64,000 nt of DNA from a bacterium (GTDB lineage Bacteria; SAR324; NAC60-12): contig OZ242383.1 in the NCBI GenBank assembly GCA_965209155.1, forward strand, positions 1,824,001 through 1,888,000. The letters are read 5' to 3'. This document shows positions 20,255 to 30,512 of this stretch, one piece after another (position 1 is the first letter of the stretch; each line of letters begins with the position of its first letter). Under the pieces are notes generated by a model that was not told where the DNA came from, did no database searches, and saw only the letters and a list, made by a program, of their open reading frames with translations. The position numbers and the translations under genes were made by a program.

Positions 20255-20692
20255 ATGGAAAAAATACAAATTGTAATTGATACTAATGTGTTTTTATCAG
20301 CTTTGCGATCCAGGAGAGGAGCATCTTTCAAATTACTGTCACTCATCGGCAGTAATCACTTTGAGATCAATCTATCCGTCCCTCTTATTTTGGAATACGA
20401 GGAAGTTGCTAAGAGATATCTTAATGAAATATTGTTAAGTTTGCAGGATATTGAAGATATCCTCGATTTTTTATGCGATATGGCTCATCAACATGAAATT
20501 TATTATTTATGGAGACCCGACCTGAAAGATCCCAAAGATGACTTTGTTTTAGAGTTGGCAGTCAAATCGGGGAGTCAGTACATCATAACTTTCAATCAAC
20601 GTGACTTTAGAGGAAGTGAACGTTTCGATGTTCAAACGCTTACTCCCGGAGAATTTCTAAAAAGATTGGAGCAGGAGAATGGGAACAATTAG
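20255..20692 (+). CDS. PIN-family putative toxin
   Basis: VIDTNVFLSAL, LILEYEEV, DPKDDFVLELAV and ITFNQRDF. Confidence 0.9.
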   Translation: MEKIQIVIDTNVFLSALRSRRGASFKLLSLIGSNHFEINLSVPLILEYEEVAKRYLNEILLSLQDIEDILDFLCDMAHQHEIYYLWRPDLKDPKDDFVLELAVKSGSQYIITFNQRDFRGSERFDVQTLTPGEFLKRLEQENGNN

Positions 20693-20915
20693 TCTAAGAA
20701 TTCCGGAATCAATACATAAGCAGGTCCGAGAACTCGCTAAACAAGATGGTACTTCAATTAATCAATTTATCACAACAGCTTTGGCAGAGAAAATGTCGGC
20801 GTTGCTGACGGAAGATTATTTGAAACAACGTGCTCAGCGAGGAAGTCGAGAAAAGTTTGAAAAAGCATTATCTAAGGTGGCAGATATTGAACCTGAAGAA
20901 AGAGACAAACTTTAA
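20679..20915 (+). CDS. RHH/HicB-like antitoxin
   Basis: SLRIPESIHKQVRELAKQDGTSINQFI; overlaps the PIN gene. Confidence 0.88.
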   Translation: MGTISLRIPESIHKQVRELAKQDGTSINQFITTALAEKMSALLTEDYLKQRAQRGSREKFEKALSKVADIEPEERDKL

Positions 20916-20929
20916 GCATCTCGGTTAGC

Positions 20930-23287
20930 TTGGATAATCGTCGAACAAACAAGTTACCCCTGCTCGCCGGGCTTGGAATTTTTTTTCAGGCTTTTGCCGC
21001 GCTCATGTTGGAAATAGGATTGTCAAGACTATTGGCCATCCGACTCTGGCATCACTTCGCATTCTTGATCATCAGTTGCGCCTTGTTGGGATATGCGTTT
21101 TCCGGAACCTACCTGCTCCTTTTCAAGAGACCTGCCCACCCCGCTTGGTCGTCCCTTTTTTTTACAGTGACGATCCTGCCCTTGTTTGCGCTCTTTCAGC
21201 AAATTCCTTTTGATCCCGTGTTGCTCACGCTGGACCCCTGGCAATGGAGCCATTTGTTTGCACTCTATCTCTTGCTGGCGGTTCCTTTTTTCTTCAGTGG
21301 ATTGACAATCAATCTTTTACTGCGGATATACCCCAAGCAAACTTTTTCCTTGTATGGATACGACCTCATCGGAGCCGCCGCCGGCAGTGCGTGCTTTTTT
21401 CTGATTGCGCCTCACTGGCAGGAAATGGAGTGGCTGGCTTTAACCTCGCTAACAGGGAGTGTGGCCGCTGCATGTTTGGTTCCCCAATGGTCTCAACGAG
21501 CGTTGCTTGTCTGTCTGGCAGGAACATTCCTGGCATATTGGCAGTTACTTGGTCTACCGGAATGGAAGATGAGTCCCTACAAGAGTTTGCCGCTTGCCTT
21601 GAAACTTTCCAATAGCCTTCATTTGCAAACTGCGTGGGATGCGGCATCCCGCGTGGACTGGTTGATCAGTCCCCTGGCTCGTGCCGCTCCAGGATTGAGT
21701 CTCAATTTTCGAGAATCCCTCCCTCCCCAGATTGGCATTACCATTGACGGAGACGGACTGACTGCCTTCAGTTCGTGGGAGGCGGATAATTCGGAATTTG
21801 CCCGGAACCTGCCCTCCTGGCTTGTTTATCAACTTCCACCCGCGCCTCAAAATGTTTTGATCCTCCAAGTCATTGGTGGACAGGAAGTGCTGTCTGCAGT
21901 CAATGCCAAAATTCCGCAAATCGTCGTACAGACGGAAAACCAGTTGATTGCCCGTTGGTTGGACGAGCAAAACAAACTTCCCCAGGTGACCATTGTTGCT
22001 GAAAAACCCCGCACGCTGCTTTCCCGCTTGGACGAGCAGTATGATCGGGTCCTGGTTTCGCTGGAAGGGGCTCTGCCCACGGGATCCACTGGCATGCATG
22101 CTTTGCAGGAAAGCTCCCTGGAAACCGTGGAAGGAAGCATGACCCTGCTGCAGCGCCTGACACCGGAAGGCTGGTTTGCTGTGCATCGCTACTTGTTGCC
22201 ACCACCACGGGGTGAGCTTCGTTGGTTTGCCACCTTGATTGCCGCAATGGAAAAATTGGGATGGCAACCCAGTCGGCAGCTTGGGGTTTTTCGGACCATC
22301 TCCACCTTGATGATTGTAGGCTCTGCCAGGAAATGGTCCGATGCAGACAAACAACGCTTCATTGAATTCTGTGAGAAACGTGGCTACGCACCGGTTTATT
22401 ACCCGGACATGAAAGAGGAAGACGCCAACCAGATCAACCGTTTTGCAAAGCCGATTTATGCAGACGCCGTACGGCAACTTCTGCACAATGCCGCTACTTT
22501 TCATCAACAAAGTTTGTTCGATTTAACTCCGGTTAGTGACGACAAACCCTTCTTTTATAATTTCCTGCGATGGGATCGATTGAGTGAAACCTATGAAATC
22601 CTGGGTCGCAAATGGGAAGGGTTGGTAGAAGGAGGGCTCTTGCTTCCTCTGCTCTTCCTCCAAGTTCTCCTGATTGTTTTCATATTGCTGTTCGTACCAT
22701 TCCTGGTACATCGTCGAACAAAATCCTTGTTTAGCTGGAAGATGTCTTATTTCTTCTGGATCGGTTTGGGATATATGGCTGTTGAAATCGCTTTGTTTGA
22801 GAAGCTGATTTTATTTCTCGGAGAACCGGTCTATTCCCTGGCCCTGGTGCTGAGTACGCTGTTAATGGCATCTGGAATTGGATCGTCGCTCAGTCGCAAC
22901 CTGCCTCTGCATGTGCTCAACCAGGGTCAGGGACTCCTGTTGGCAGTCCTGGTGGGATATTTCCTGGGATTTTCTGAACTATTATCCGCCTTGGCTGGCG
23001 CTGGATTTCTCATGCGCCTGGCTATTGCCATGATCGCAGTGGGAGGCTTGGGGATTCTGATGGGGATCCCATTTCCCCGGGGTGTGGTTGCTATCTCTGC
23101 TCAGGATCCAGACCCCGTGATCACTAAAAATCGCATTGCAGTGGCATGGTGCCTCAATGGCTGCGCATCGGTGATCGGTCCCATCGGGGCCCTGCTACTG
23201 GCGCAATTGACAGGACTTTCCTCACTATTCCTTGCTGCCGCCATCTGTTATACGATTGCCTTGCTGCTGGCGTTGCGGCTGGGATGA
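20930..23287 (+). CDS. Multi-pass membrane protein with a central spermidine-synthase/SAM-methyltransferase-like domain
   Basis: N- and C-terminal TM bundles; LYGYDLIGAAAG, PVSDDKPFF, GLGYMAVEI and AWCLNG motifs. Confidence 0.8.
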   Translation: MDNRRTNKLPLLAGLGIFFQAFAALMLEIGLSRLLAIRLWHHFAFLIISCALLGYAFSGTYLLLFKRPAHPAWSSLFFTVTILPLFALFQQIPFDPVLLTLDPWQWSHLFALYLLLAVPFFFSGLTINLLLRIYPKQTFSLYGYDLIGAAAGSACFFLIAPHWQEMEWLALTSLTGSVAAACLVPQWSQRALLVCLAGTFLAYWQLLGLPEWKMSPYKSLPLALKLSNSLHLQTAWDAASRVDWLISPLARAAPGLSLNFRESLPPQIGITIDGDGLTAFSSWEADNSEFARNLPSWLVYQLPPAPQNVLILQVIGGQEVLSAVNAKIPQIVVQTENQLIARWLDEQNKLPQVTIVAEKPRTLLSRLDEQYDRVLVSLEGALPTGSTGMHALQESSLETVEGSMTLLQRLTPEGWFAVHRYLLPPPRGELRWFATLIAAMEKLGWQPSRQLGVFRTISTLMIVGSARKWSDADKQRFIEFCEKRGYAPVYYPDMKEEDANQINRFAKPIYADAVRQLLHNAATFHQQSLFDLTPVSDDKPFFYNFLRWDRLSETYEILGRKWEGLVEGGLLLPLLFLQVLLIVFILLFVPFLVHRRTKSLFSWKMSYFFWIGLGYMAVEIALFEKLILFLGEPVYSLALVLSTLLMASGIGSSLSRNLPLHVLNQGQGLLLAVLVGYFLGFSELLSALAGAGFLMRLAIAMIAVGGLGILMGIPFPRGVVAISAQDPDPVITKNRIAVAWCLNGCASVIGPIGALLLAQLTGLSSLFLAAAICYTIALLLALRLG

Positions 23288-23294
23288 GCGGGGT

Positions 23295-24026
23295 TCATTC
23301 CCGGACTTTGCCGGTCATGGGAACAAAGCGGACGTCGATGGAGTATTCGACCGAAGTCTGCCCATCTTCGCGCATGGTGACAATCGTCAAAGTTTGATAA
23401 AAATGGGTCGGTCCCAAGGGAAGTACGAGTTTTCCTCACGGTTTCAATTGGTTGAGAAGAGGACGGGGAATATGATTGGCAGCGGCAGTGATCATGATGC
23501 GGTCGAAAGGAGCATGTTCGAGCCAACCATAATAACCATCCGCATTTTTAACGGAAACCGGAATTTCCAGTCTTTTAAGACGAGCGGCAGCCTGTCGGGC
23601 CAACTCGGGAATAATCTCGATTGAATAGACTTCCGCATCCAAAGCCGCAAGGACTGCCGCTTGATATGCGGAACCTGTGCCTATTTCCAAAACTTTCATT
23701 CCAGGACGTAACTCGAGCAACTCCGTCATCAAAGCCACCACATAAGGTTGGCTGATGGTTTGCCCCAATCCGATTGGTAATGGACGGTCCGAATAGGCAA
23801 CAGATTCGAGATAGTCCGGAACAAATAAGTGACGAGGTACGTCCCGCATGCTCTGCAGCACTGAACGATCTTCAATGCCTCGATCTTCGAGCTGAATGCG
23901 CACCATCTGTTCGCGCTCATTCTGCCACTCCTTGCCCCACAAGGGATTTCCCCACAACGATATCAGGGTGAAAATCAGAATACAGCCAAGACGGTTGGCA
24001 TGTTTCAAGAGTTGTGAGCGTGACAT
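23295..24026 (-). pseudogene. pcm: Protein-L-isoaspartate O-methyltransferase with an internal TGA at 23436-23438
   Basis: VPRHLFVP, QTISQP, VLEIGTGSAY and APFDRI. The frame continues past the TGA as GKLVLPLG...VRFVPMTG to a stop at 23295. Confidence 0.85.
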
Positions 24027-24046
24027 CCGGATCGTTTAGCAAGAAG

Positions 24047-24646
24047 TTAATTTTTTCGTGCCACCATGCTGGCCAAGGCTTTCTTTTTACCCTGATCTGC
24101 AGCATAAATGATTTTTTCTCGATACTCAAGAATGCGCAAATCCGAAAACGCATGCAGCAATTCGTTATAATCCAACACATACCGGGGATTCATGGCACTG
24201 GCTAAGATGGTGACGTCGTCACGGTAGACCGTCTCAAAAAATAAAAGCCCTCCTTGCAGCAATGCGTCTTTGAGGGCAGGGAAAAGGCTACGTTCCAAAT
24301 AATTGAAACAAAGGACGACTTGATATTTCTCCTTCGCCAGCAGATCGTTTTCAAAATCCATCTGCAGGGGTTGAATGGAAACATTTTTTTTTAACACTTG
24401 CCGCTGTAACCAGCAAATTGCCACATCCGAAATATCGGCAGCTTCTACCTCGAAGCCCATGGCAGCCAATAAAAATGAATTGCGTCCATTGCCACAAGCC
24501 ACATCCAACGCCGGTCCTCTTTCTTGGGATTGCAACACGGACTGATGGCAACGCAGCCATTCTGAAGGACGAGATTCCCAGTTTTCAATCCCTTTCTGAG
24601 AATATTTTTTATTCCATCGCGCTCTATCCGGATTTTGTGAGTTCAT
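24047..24646 (-). CDS. Class I SAM-dependent methyltransferase (TehB-like)
   Basis: ALDVACGNGRNS motif. Confidence 0.85.
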   Translation of the reverse strand: MNSQNPDRARWNKKYSQKGIENWESRPSEWLRCHQSVLQSQERGPALDVACGNGRNSFLLAAMGFEVEAADISDVAICWLQRQVLKKNVSIQPLQMDFENDLLAKEKYQVVLCFNYLERSLFPALKDALLQGGLLFFETVYRDDVTILASAMNPRYVLDYNELLHAFSDLRILEYREKIIYAADQGKKKALASMVARKN

Positions 24647-24712
24647 TGCGCAGAAAATTATTCAGGGAAAGAATGTAAAACGAATTTCCGGAAAGACCTC
24701 CCAGACAATAGG

Positions 24713-25036
24713 TTAGGGTAGCAGCGCTTTGATTTTGCCATCACATTCCTGAACAGGAAAAGTCTCTACGAAATATTCGTTGCCATGACCGTTGCCTGTT
24801 TCCAGGTTAAATAAATAGCCATGCCTGGCACAACGAATCCTGTTGCTTTTACACACGACCCCATCTTCAAACGAGGCCCCTTGGTGAGGACAGAGGCTGT
24901 CCAGGGCGAAATAACCCATTTCCGTTCGTACCAGGATGATTTTTTTTGGACCGGCTTGAACAGTTTTGATTTGATCGATTTCGATTTCGTCAGTACTGCT
25001 TAACGTAACCCAATTCTCCTTTGATTTTTCAGACAT
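24713..25036 (-). CDS. Rieske [2Fe-2S] ferredoxin
   Basis: CPH...CARH ligand boxes. Confidence 0.88.
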   Translation of the reverse strand: MSEKSKENWVTLSSTDEIEIDQIKTVQAGPKKIILVRTEMGYFALDSLCPHQGASFEDGVVCKSNRIRCARHGYLFNLETGNGHGNEYFVETFPVQECDGKIKALLP

Positions 25037-25338
25037 CGTTTAATTTCTGATATTCCCTCTGGAGGATTTACCTAAAGTTTGATTTTGATCCACGACGGTG
25101 TGATCAAATGATATTATCGTGGAAGATTTGTGGTTTCCAGATAAATTTGAAATCGAAGAGGATTGAGGTTTGTAAAGGAACTATAGATTCGCCATAAGGA
25201 GAATAACTTTAACGGATATTAGAGTCGGCCTATGAGCGCAAGGGTGTTTTATCGAGAAAATACGTTGAAAAATTGTGAAATTCGAGTCGAGAAATGATAA
25301 GATTTAACAATTCTCACTCTTCTTCAAAACGAAAAATT

Positions 25339-26487
25339 ATGAAATTCAAAATTCAGACGATTTTACTGGTGGTTTTTTGTCTCTCCTGGAGCATTTGTCC
25401 TCGCCTTTGGGCTTTGGGGTTGAAGCAGGTATTTCAGACGGTGGAATTCAATCGTCCTGTTCACCTGACTGCATCCTGGGACGGAAGGGGCCGTATATTC
25501 GTGGTGGAGCAGGAAGGGAGAATTCTGGTTATAGAGCGCAATCCTGCTAAACAACAAACAATCTCAAATGTGTTTTTGGACATCCGGAAGCGAGTTCTCA
25601 GCTTGGGAAATGAGGAAGGTTTGTTATCCATGGCATTTCATCCTCAATACTTGAACAATGGAATTTTCTTTGTCAACTACACTGCCGCCTTCCCCAGACG
25701 AACTGTCATTTCCAGATTTCGTGTGGATCCGCAAAATTCAAATCAGGCTCTAAAAAACAGCGAAATTCGCATTCTCGAGATCAAACAGCCTTACAGTAAT
25801 CACAATGGAGGACAAATTGCTTTTGGTCCCGATGGTTATTTATACATTGGTATGGGAGATGGCGGAGCAGCGGGAGATCCTTTGGGCCACGGGCAAAATT
25901 TAAGGACTCTGCATGGGGCGATTCTGCGTATAGATATCAACTATGAAAGTGATGAAACCAAATACGCCGTACCTGAAGATAATCCATTTGTGGGAAGACA
26001 AAAAATACTTCCGGAGATTTGGGCCTACGGATTGCGAAATCCCTGGCGTTTCAGTTTCGACCGCTTGACGGGGGAACTTTATACCGGAGATGTGGGGCAA
26101 AACCGCTTTGAAGAAATAGATCTGATTGAAAAAGGGAAAAACTATGGATGGAATATCATGGAAGGCGCTCATTGTTATGCGCCTCCTTCTGGCTGTTCCA
26201 AAAGAGGATTGCAACGTCCCTTGGTGGAGTATGACCACAGTGAAGGTTACTCCGTCACCGGGGGTTTTGTCTATCGTGGCAAAGCGATTCCTTCTTTGCA
26301 GGGCAGATATCTTTACGGGGATTTCGGTTCGGGGAAAATTTGGGGTTTGATTCAAAAAAACGGTCGGCTACAGGACCAGCGTCTTTTAATGAATACGACC
26401 ATCAATATTTCCAGTTTTGGAGAAGACGAACGCGGAGAAGTCTATGTAGTCGGATTGAAGGGAAACATTTTTCAAATCGTCCCATGA
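25339..26487 (+). CDS. PQQ-dependent sugar dehydrogenase (glucose/sorbosone family), exported
   Basis: Signal peptide; NHNGGQIAFGPDGYLYIGMGDGG, YGLRNPWR and NYGW. Alternative start 25294. Confidence 0.9.
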   Translation: MKFKIQTILLVVFCLSWSICPRLWALGLKQVFQTVEFNRPVHLTASWDGRGRIFVVEQEGRILVIERNPAKQQTISNVFLDIRKRVLSLGNEEGLLSMAFHPQYLNNGIFFVNYTAAFPRRTVISRFRVDPQNSNQALKNSEIRILEIKQPYSNHNGGQIAFGPDGYLYIGMGDGGAAGDPLGHGQNLRTLHGAILRIDINYESDETKYAVPEDNPFVGRQKILPEIWAYGLRNPWRFSFDRLTGELYTGDVGQNRFEEIDLIEKGKNYGWNIMEGAHCYAPPSGCSKRGLQRPLVEYDHSEGYSVTGGFVYRGKAIPSLQGRYLYGDFGSGKIWGLIQKNGRLQDQRLLMNTTINISSFGEDERGEVYVVGLKGNIFQIVP

Positions 26488-26538
26488 ACTGGAAAAGCAA
26501 AAGGGACTTCTTTTGTTTCAATTAGTCAGCAACTGACA

Positions 26539-26988
26539 ATGAATTTTTATTCCTTGCTTGCCGATTTGATATTGATCCTCCATGCCAGCTTCATCGGATT
26601 TGTGATATTTGGACTGGTTCTGATCGTAACAGGATTGCTCAGACGATGGCGCTGGGTGCTGAACTTTTGGTTCAGACTCTCGCATCTGCTGGCCATCGGC
26701 ATCGTCATTGTACAAAGCTGGTTGGGTATCATTTGCCCCTTGACGATTTGGGAACAACGGTTGCGCATGACGGGTGAGGTGTATTCCTATTCCGAAGGAT
26801 TTGTTGCCTATTGGTTGCACAGAATCATCTTCTATCAAGCAGAACCCTGGGTATTTAGCTTGGTTTATACGGTTTTTGGCGCATGCGTGCTGATCACATG
26901 GATCTGGGGACGTCCCCAAAGCCCTTCCTTTTTGATATGGGAACCGTCATGCATTCACAAAATCAAAATGGCCTGTAAACGACTTTAA
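26539..26988 (+). CDS. DUF2784-like membrane protein
   Basis: LADLILILHASF and CPLTIWEQRLR. Confidence 0.75.
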   Translation: MNFYSLLADLILILHASFIGFVIFGLVLIVTGLLRRWRWVLNFWFRLSHLLAIGIVIVQSWLGIICPLTIWEQRLRMTGEVYSYSEGFVAYWLHRIIFYQAEPWVFSLVYTVFGACVLITWIWGRPQSPSFLIWEPSCIHKIKMACKRL

Positions 26989-27001
26989 ATCGGGAGACGA
27001 A

Positions 27002-27904
27002 TCAATTTCTATTCACTCCGGATGCTGTCAGAATCTCCACGCCAGTTTGCGTGACCAGGACCGTGTGTTCCCATTGGGCGGAGAGAGAGCCATCCGAGGT
27101 AACGGCAGTCCATTGGTCTGCCAAAATTCGACTTTCAAAACTACCTGCGTTGATCATCGGTTCAATTGTGAAAATCATATTCGGTACCAACAGCGGACCG
27201 CTTTTTGGATCACCATAATGGGGAACTTGTGGATCTTCGTGAAATTCGATGCCAACTCCATGTCCGCAAAAATCACGCACTACGGAAAAACCATGCTTTT
27301 CCGCATGCTTTTGAATGGCATGTCCGATATCGCCAATCGTGTTGAAGGGTTTGACCACGTTGATACCGAGTTCCATGCATTCTTTGGAAACACGAACCAG
27401 CTTGCTGGCCTCTTCAGAAACTTCTCCGATACAATACATTCGATTCGAGTCGCCGTAATATCCGTTGAGGATACATGTCACATCGACATTCAAGATATCT
27501 CCATCTCGCAGGACGGTTGTACCCGGAATGCCATGACAAATGACGTCATTGAGCGAAGTACAGACACTTTTAGGGAAGCCTCGATAGTTCAAAGGCGCAG
27601 GATAGGCTCCGCATGTGATGATGTAGTCGTGAACCCATTCATTGATATCGTCCGTAGTCATACCGGGACGGATCCGCTCTTCCAGTAAATCAAGGATTTT
27701 GCAGGTCAGTTGACAGCTTTTACGAATCCCTTCCACCTGTTCCGGTTTTTTAATGATGATTCCGGAGCGGTTACTTTTCCCCCACTGTTGGTTCTTTCTG
27801 TCTGACTTGAGATGACATTTTTTATATTTTTTCCCACTGCCACAAGGGCAGGGGGCATTGCGAGCGATGATTTTCATAGATTCATCTGTGAGGAACCATG
27901 CCAA
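27002..27904 (-). CDS. map: Methionine aminopeptidase type I with an N-terminal SEC-C motif
   Basis: RNAPCPCGSGKKYKKCH; CHGIP, DVT, GHGVG, TIEPMIN and QWEHT. Confidence 0.95.
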   Translation of the reverse strand: MAWFLTDESMKIIARNAPCPCGSGKKYKKCHLKSDRKNQQWGKSNRSGIIIKKPEQVEGIRKSCQLTCKILDLLEERIRPGMTTDDINEWVHDYIITCGAYPAPLNYRGFPKSVCTSLNDVICHGIPGTTVLRDGDILNVDVTCILNGYYGDSNRMYCIGEVSEEASKLVRVSKECMELGINVVKPFNTIGDIGHAIQKHAEKHGFSVVRDFCGHGVGIEFHEDPQVPHYGDPKSGPLLVPNMIFTIEPMINAGSFESRILADQWTAVTSDGSLSAQWEHTVLVTQTGVEILTASGVNRN

Positions 27905-27926
27905 GGACGGCCTTGGGTAAAGGAAT

Positions 27927-28787
27927 TCACTCCAAGAAATGCAAGATACGATTCAGACGATAGGAATATAAATCAAATATCCCCAACAGACCTTGACGAG
28001 GGTCTTTGGACCAATAAACCATCTGACCCTTGCCTTTGACTTTTTTGATATTCACAAATCCCCAAAAACGGCCATCATGGCTATTGTAACGATTGTCTCC
28101 CATTGCCAGGAAATGCCCTTCAGGTACCGTAACCGGACCAAAATTACTGACATTCCGTAAGCGGGACGCGGAACGACTTTCAGGATCGAAATATGCGTAG
28201 GGTTCGGGTAACAACTTGTTATTTATGTATACTTTGTCATTCCGTATTTCCATCACTTCTCCTTCCAGCGCAATAACCCTCTTGATAAAATCAATCGAAG
28301 GTTCTGGAGGAGAGGGGAAGATCAAAATATCTCCCCGTTGGATGGGTCGACGAAGCAATTTGATGTCAGTAAATGGTATGGGGATGCCATAGCTATACAT
28401 CGTAGCAAAAATTTGGTCTCCAATTTGAATGGTTGGTATCATGGAACCCGAAGGAATCCGGAAAGGGGCAAAGAGGAAAGTGCGCACAATCATGGCCACA
28501 ACCACTGCAAAAATAAGGGCTTCTATCCATTCGCGGGTTGATTTGTGGGTTATCCATCCATCCATGCGGAAATATCCACGCGCATGTTTGAGGACCAGAT
28601 TTTTCCGTTCCAGGATTTCCACATTGTTGGGCAGCTTGTTCAAGTGGAGAAGGAATTGTTCGACGGAAGGAAAATACTTTTCTTCCAGGGCAGCCAAGGT
28701 ATTGAGGCTTTCTTCGCTGAATCCATGTTTTTTAAATTTTTGAAGTGATTTTCTTGAAATTTTATAAGTTGTAAATTTTGATAACAT
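27927..28787 (-). CDS. lepB: Signal peptidase I with a ~70-aa N-terminal extension
   Basis: IPSGSMIPT, FIKRVI and MGDNRYNSHDGRFWG. Confidence 0.95.
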   Translation of the reverse strand: MLSKFTTYKISRKSLQKFKKHGFSEESLNTLAALEEKYFPSVEQFLLHLNKLPNNVEILERKNLVLKHARGYFRMDGWITHKSTREWIEALIFAVVVAMIVRTFLFAPFRIPSGSMIPTIQIGDQIFATMYSYGIPIPFTDIKLLRRPIQRGDILIFPSPPEPSIDFIKRVIALEGEVMEIRNDKVYINNKLLPEPYAYFDPESRSASRLRNVSNFGPVTVPEGHFLAMGDNRYNSHDGRFWGFVNIKKVKGKGQMVYWSKDPRQGLLGIFDLYSYRLNRILHFLE

Positions 28788-29158
28788 AGATATATGTTCA
28801 ATCTGGAAGAATCGGGATTACGATGTTCTTGAAAAGAAAGGTAGCGCGATAACTCATTCAATCGAAGATGGACGGTGAGCCTGTAATTAAAAATACATGG
28901 TTTGTGAGATTATTTCAAATCGGACACGAAAGTATTCCGGAACTTGATTCAAAACGACAAACCCAATGAGGCATCTTTTCGAATTGACATGCAATTTTTC
29001 CATAAAGGCAACATATTTCTTTAAGCATGGTCATCTTGAAAGCAGGATGGCGCCCACTGATTTAATTTCCTCTGAGTTGGATGAAAAGAGAAGGTATTTT
29101 TTTAACAGTCTCTGAAATTCCTTATTTCATGCAATCACTCCAACCCTGGCGTTGAACC

Positions 29159-30478
29159 ATGTCCACAGAATCAAATTCAAGCACATCCCGGTTCAATGAT
29201 TTTATTTACGGTTTGCGAGGGGCCCTGCCTTATTTGGAGGAATTTCACAACGAAACCTTTGTCGTAAAAATCACTGGAAACACGCTTCAGCAGCAAAACC
29301 TGTCCGGAATATTGGATGATTTGATCTTGTTGTACCGTATCGGCATCAAAATCATTATTGCGCACGGTGCCAATGCTCAAATCCGACAAGCGCTTCAGTT
29401 TCACGGACATGGAGAAAAAACTCTGGAAGGAAGAATCCTCGTTCCGGTGGATTCCCTGCCTGTTGTTCAACAAGCCATTGCTAACACCAACTGGGAGTTG
29501 ATTACGAAATTGAGTCGTTATGGGAGCGATATCTTTCCATTTTCCGGTCACTTTCTCCAGGCGGAAAAAGCCTCATTTTCCTCAGTTTCCGAAGAACATT
29601 GCGCCGGAAATGTGCAGGATATCCGTATTAAATCCTTACAAGAGGCTTTTTCTCATCATTACCTGCCGGTCATCCCGCCTTTTGCTATTGGAGAAAAGGG
29701 TCGTCTACTGATTTTGGAAGCCAATCAAATCGCCTTGGAAGTGGCTGCGCGTATACGAGCACGTAAGTTGATCATTTTAGAATCCAAGGAAAATTTTCCG
29801 TTCAAGGAAATTTACGCACTTCGGGAAACAAAGCCCGAAGCCATGCGGCAATGGTTAGATCAGGCCACTGGTTTGACATATGAACCTCGTCTTCAACTTC
29901 AAACGCTCGTTGAAGCATGTGAACGAGGAGTAGAACGCTCTCATTGGTTGGACAGCAATATCGATGGCACGATATTGGGAGAAATCCTTACTTCCGCAGG
30001 AACTGGAATTATGCTCACTAACAGTACCTACGAACGGATACGTTTTGCCATGCTTCCAGACGTCCATCACATCAAACAAATTTTAGAAAAACCAATCAGC
30101 GAACTCGTATTGGTCCATAAAAGTTCCGCGTATCTGGAACAACACATTGAAAATTTTCTTGTATTTTGCATCGATGAAGCCTTAGCAGGCTGCTGCGAGC
30201 TGATTTTCTATAAAGAAAACAAATCCGTGGAGCTTGCCAGTCTCGCAGTCAAACAAGAATACCGAAATCGTGGTATAGGAAAACAATTGATCGCTGCGGC
30301 GCAAGAACAAGCAGTTCTCGGCAGGCAATCCTTGATCTTTGCCCTCACTACAAAAAGTTCCCATATATTTATTGCAAACGGTTTCAAAGAAATGAGCCCC
30401 GATCAACTACCACAACAGAAACGGGAAAACTACGATTCCGAGGAATCTTTGATTTACGGAAAAATCATTTCATTTTAG
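29159..30478 (+). CDS. argA: Amino-acid N-acetyltransferase (AAK + GNAT domains)
   Basis: ALPYL...TFVVK, ACERGVERSH, ELASLAV..YRNRGIG and FALTT. Confidence 0.8.
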   Translation: MSTESNSSTSRFNDFIYGLRGALPYLEEFHNETFVVKITGNTLQQQNLSGILDDLILLYRIGIKIIIAHGANAQIRQALQFHGHGEKTLEGRILVPVDSLPVVQQAIANTNWELITKLSRYGSDIFPFSGHFLQAEKASFSSVSEEHCAGNVQDIRIKSLQEAFSHHYLPVIPPFAIGEKGRLLILEANQIALEVAARIRARKLIILESKENFPFKEIYALRETKPEAMRQWLDQATGLTYEPRLQLQTLVEACERGVERSHWLDSNIDGTILGEILTSAGTGIMLTNSTYERIRFAMLPDVHHIKQILEKPISELVLVHKSSAYLEQHIENFLVFCIDEALAGCCELIFYKENKSVELASLAVKQEYRNRGIGKQLIAAAQEQAVLGRQSLIFALTTKSSHIFIANGFKEMSPDQLPQQKRENYDSEESLIYGKIISF

Positions 30479-30512
30479 TTTTCTTCAGTACCAGTGGTAG
30501 ATCTTTTCGTGC

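Noticed and set aside
21554..22510. Long antisense ORFs (this 318-aa one, 8982-9656, 27047-27688 and others)
   Set aside because: They are shadows of well-supported genes on the opposite strand and have no recognisable motifs.
23436..23438. Alternative genetic code or selenocysteine
   Set aside because: Many neighbouring genes end normally at TGA, and the position aligns with Gly, not Cys.
27800..27904. SEC-C fusion on Map as a novelty
   Set aside because: This architecture is known in several bacterial lineages.
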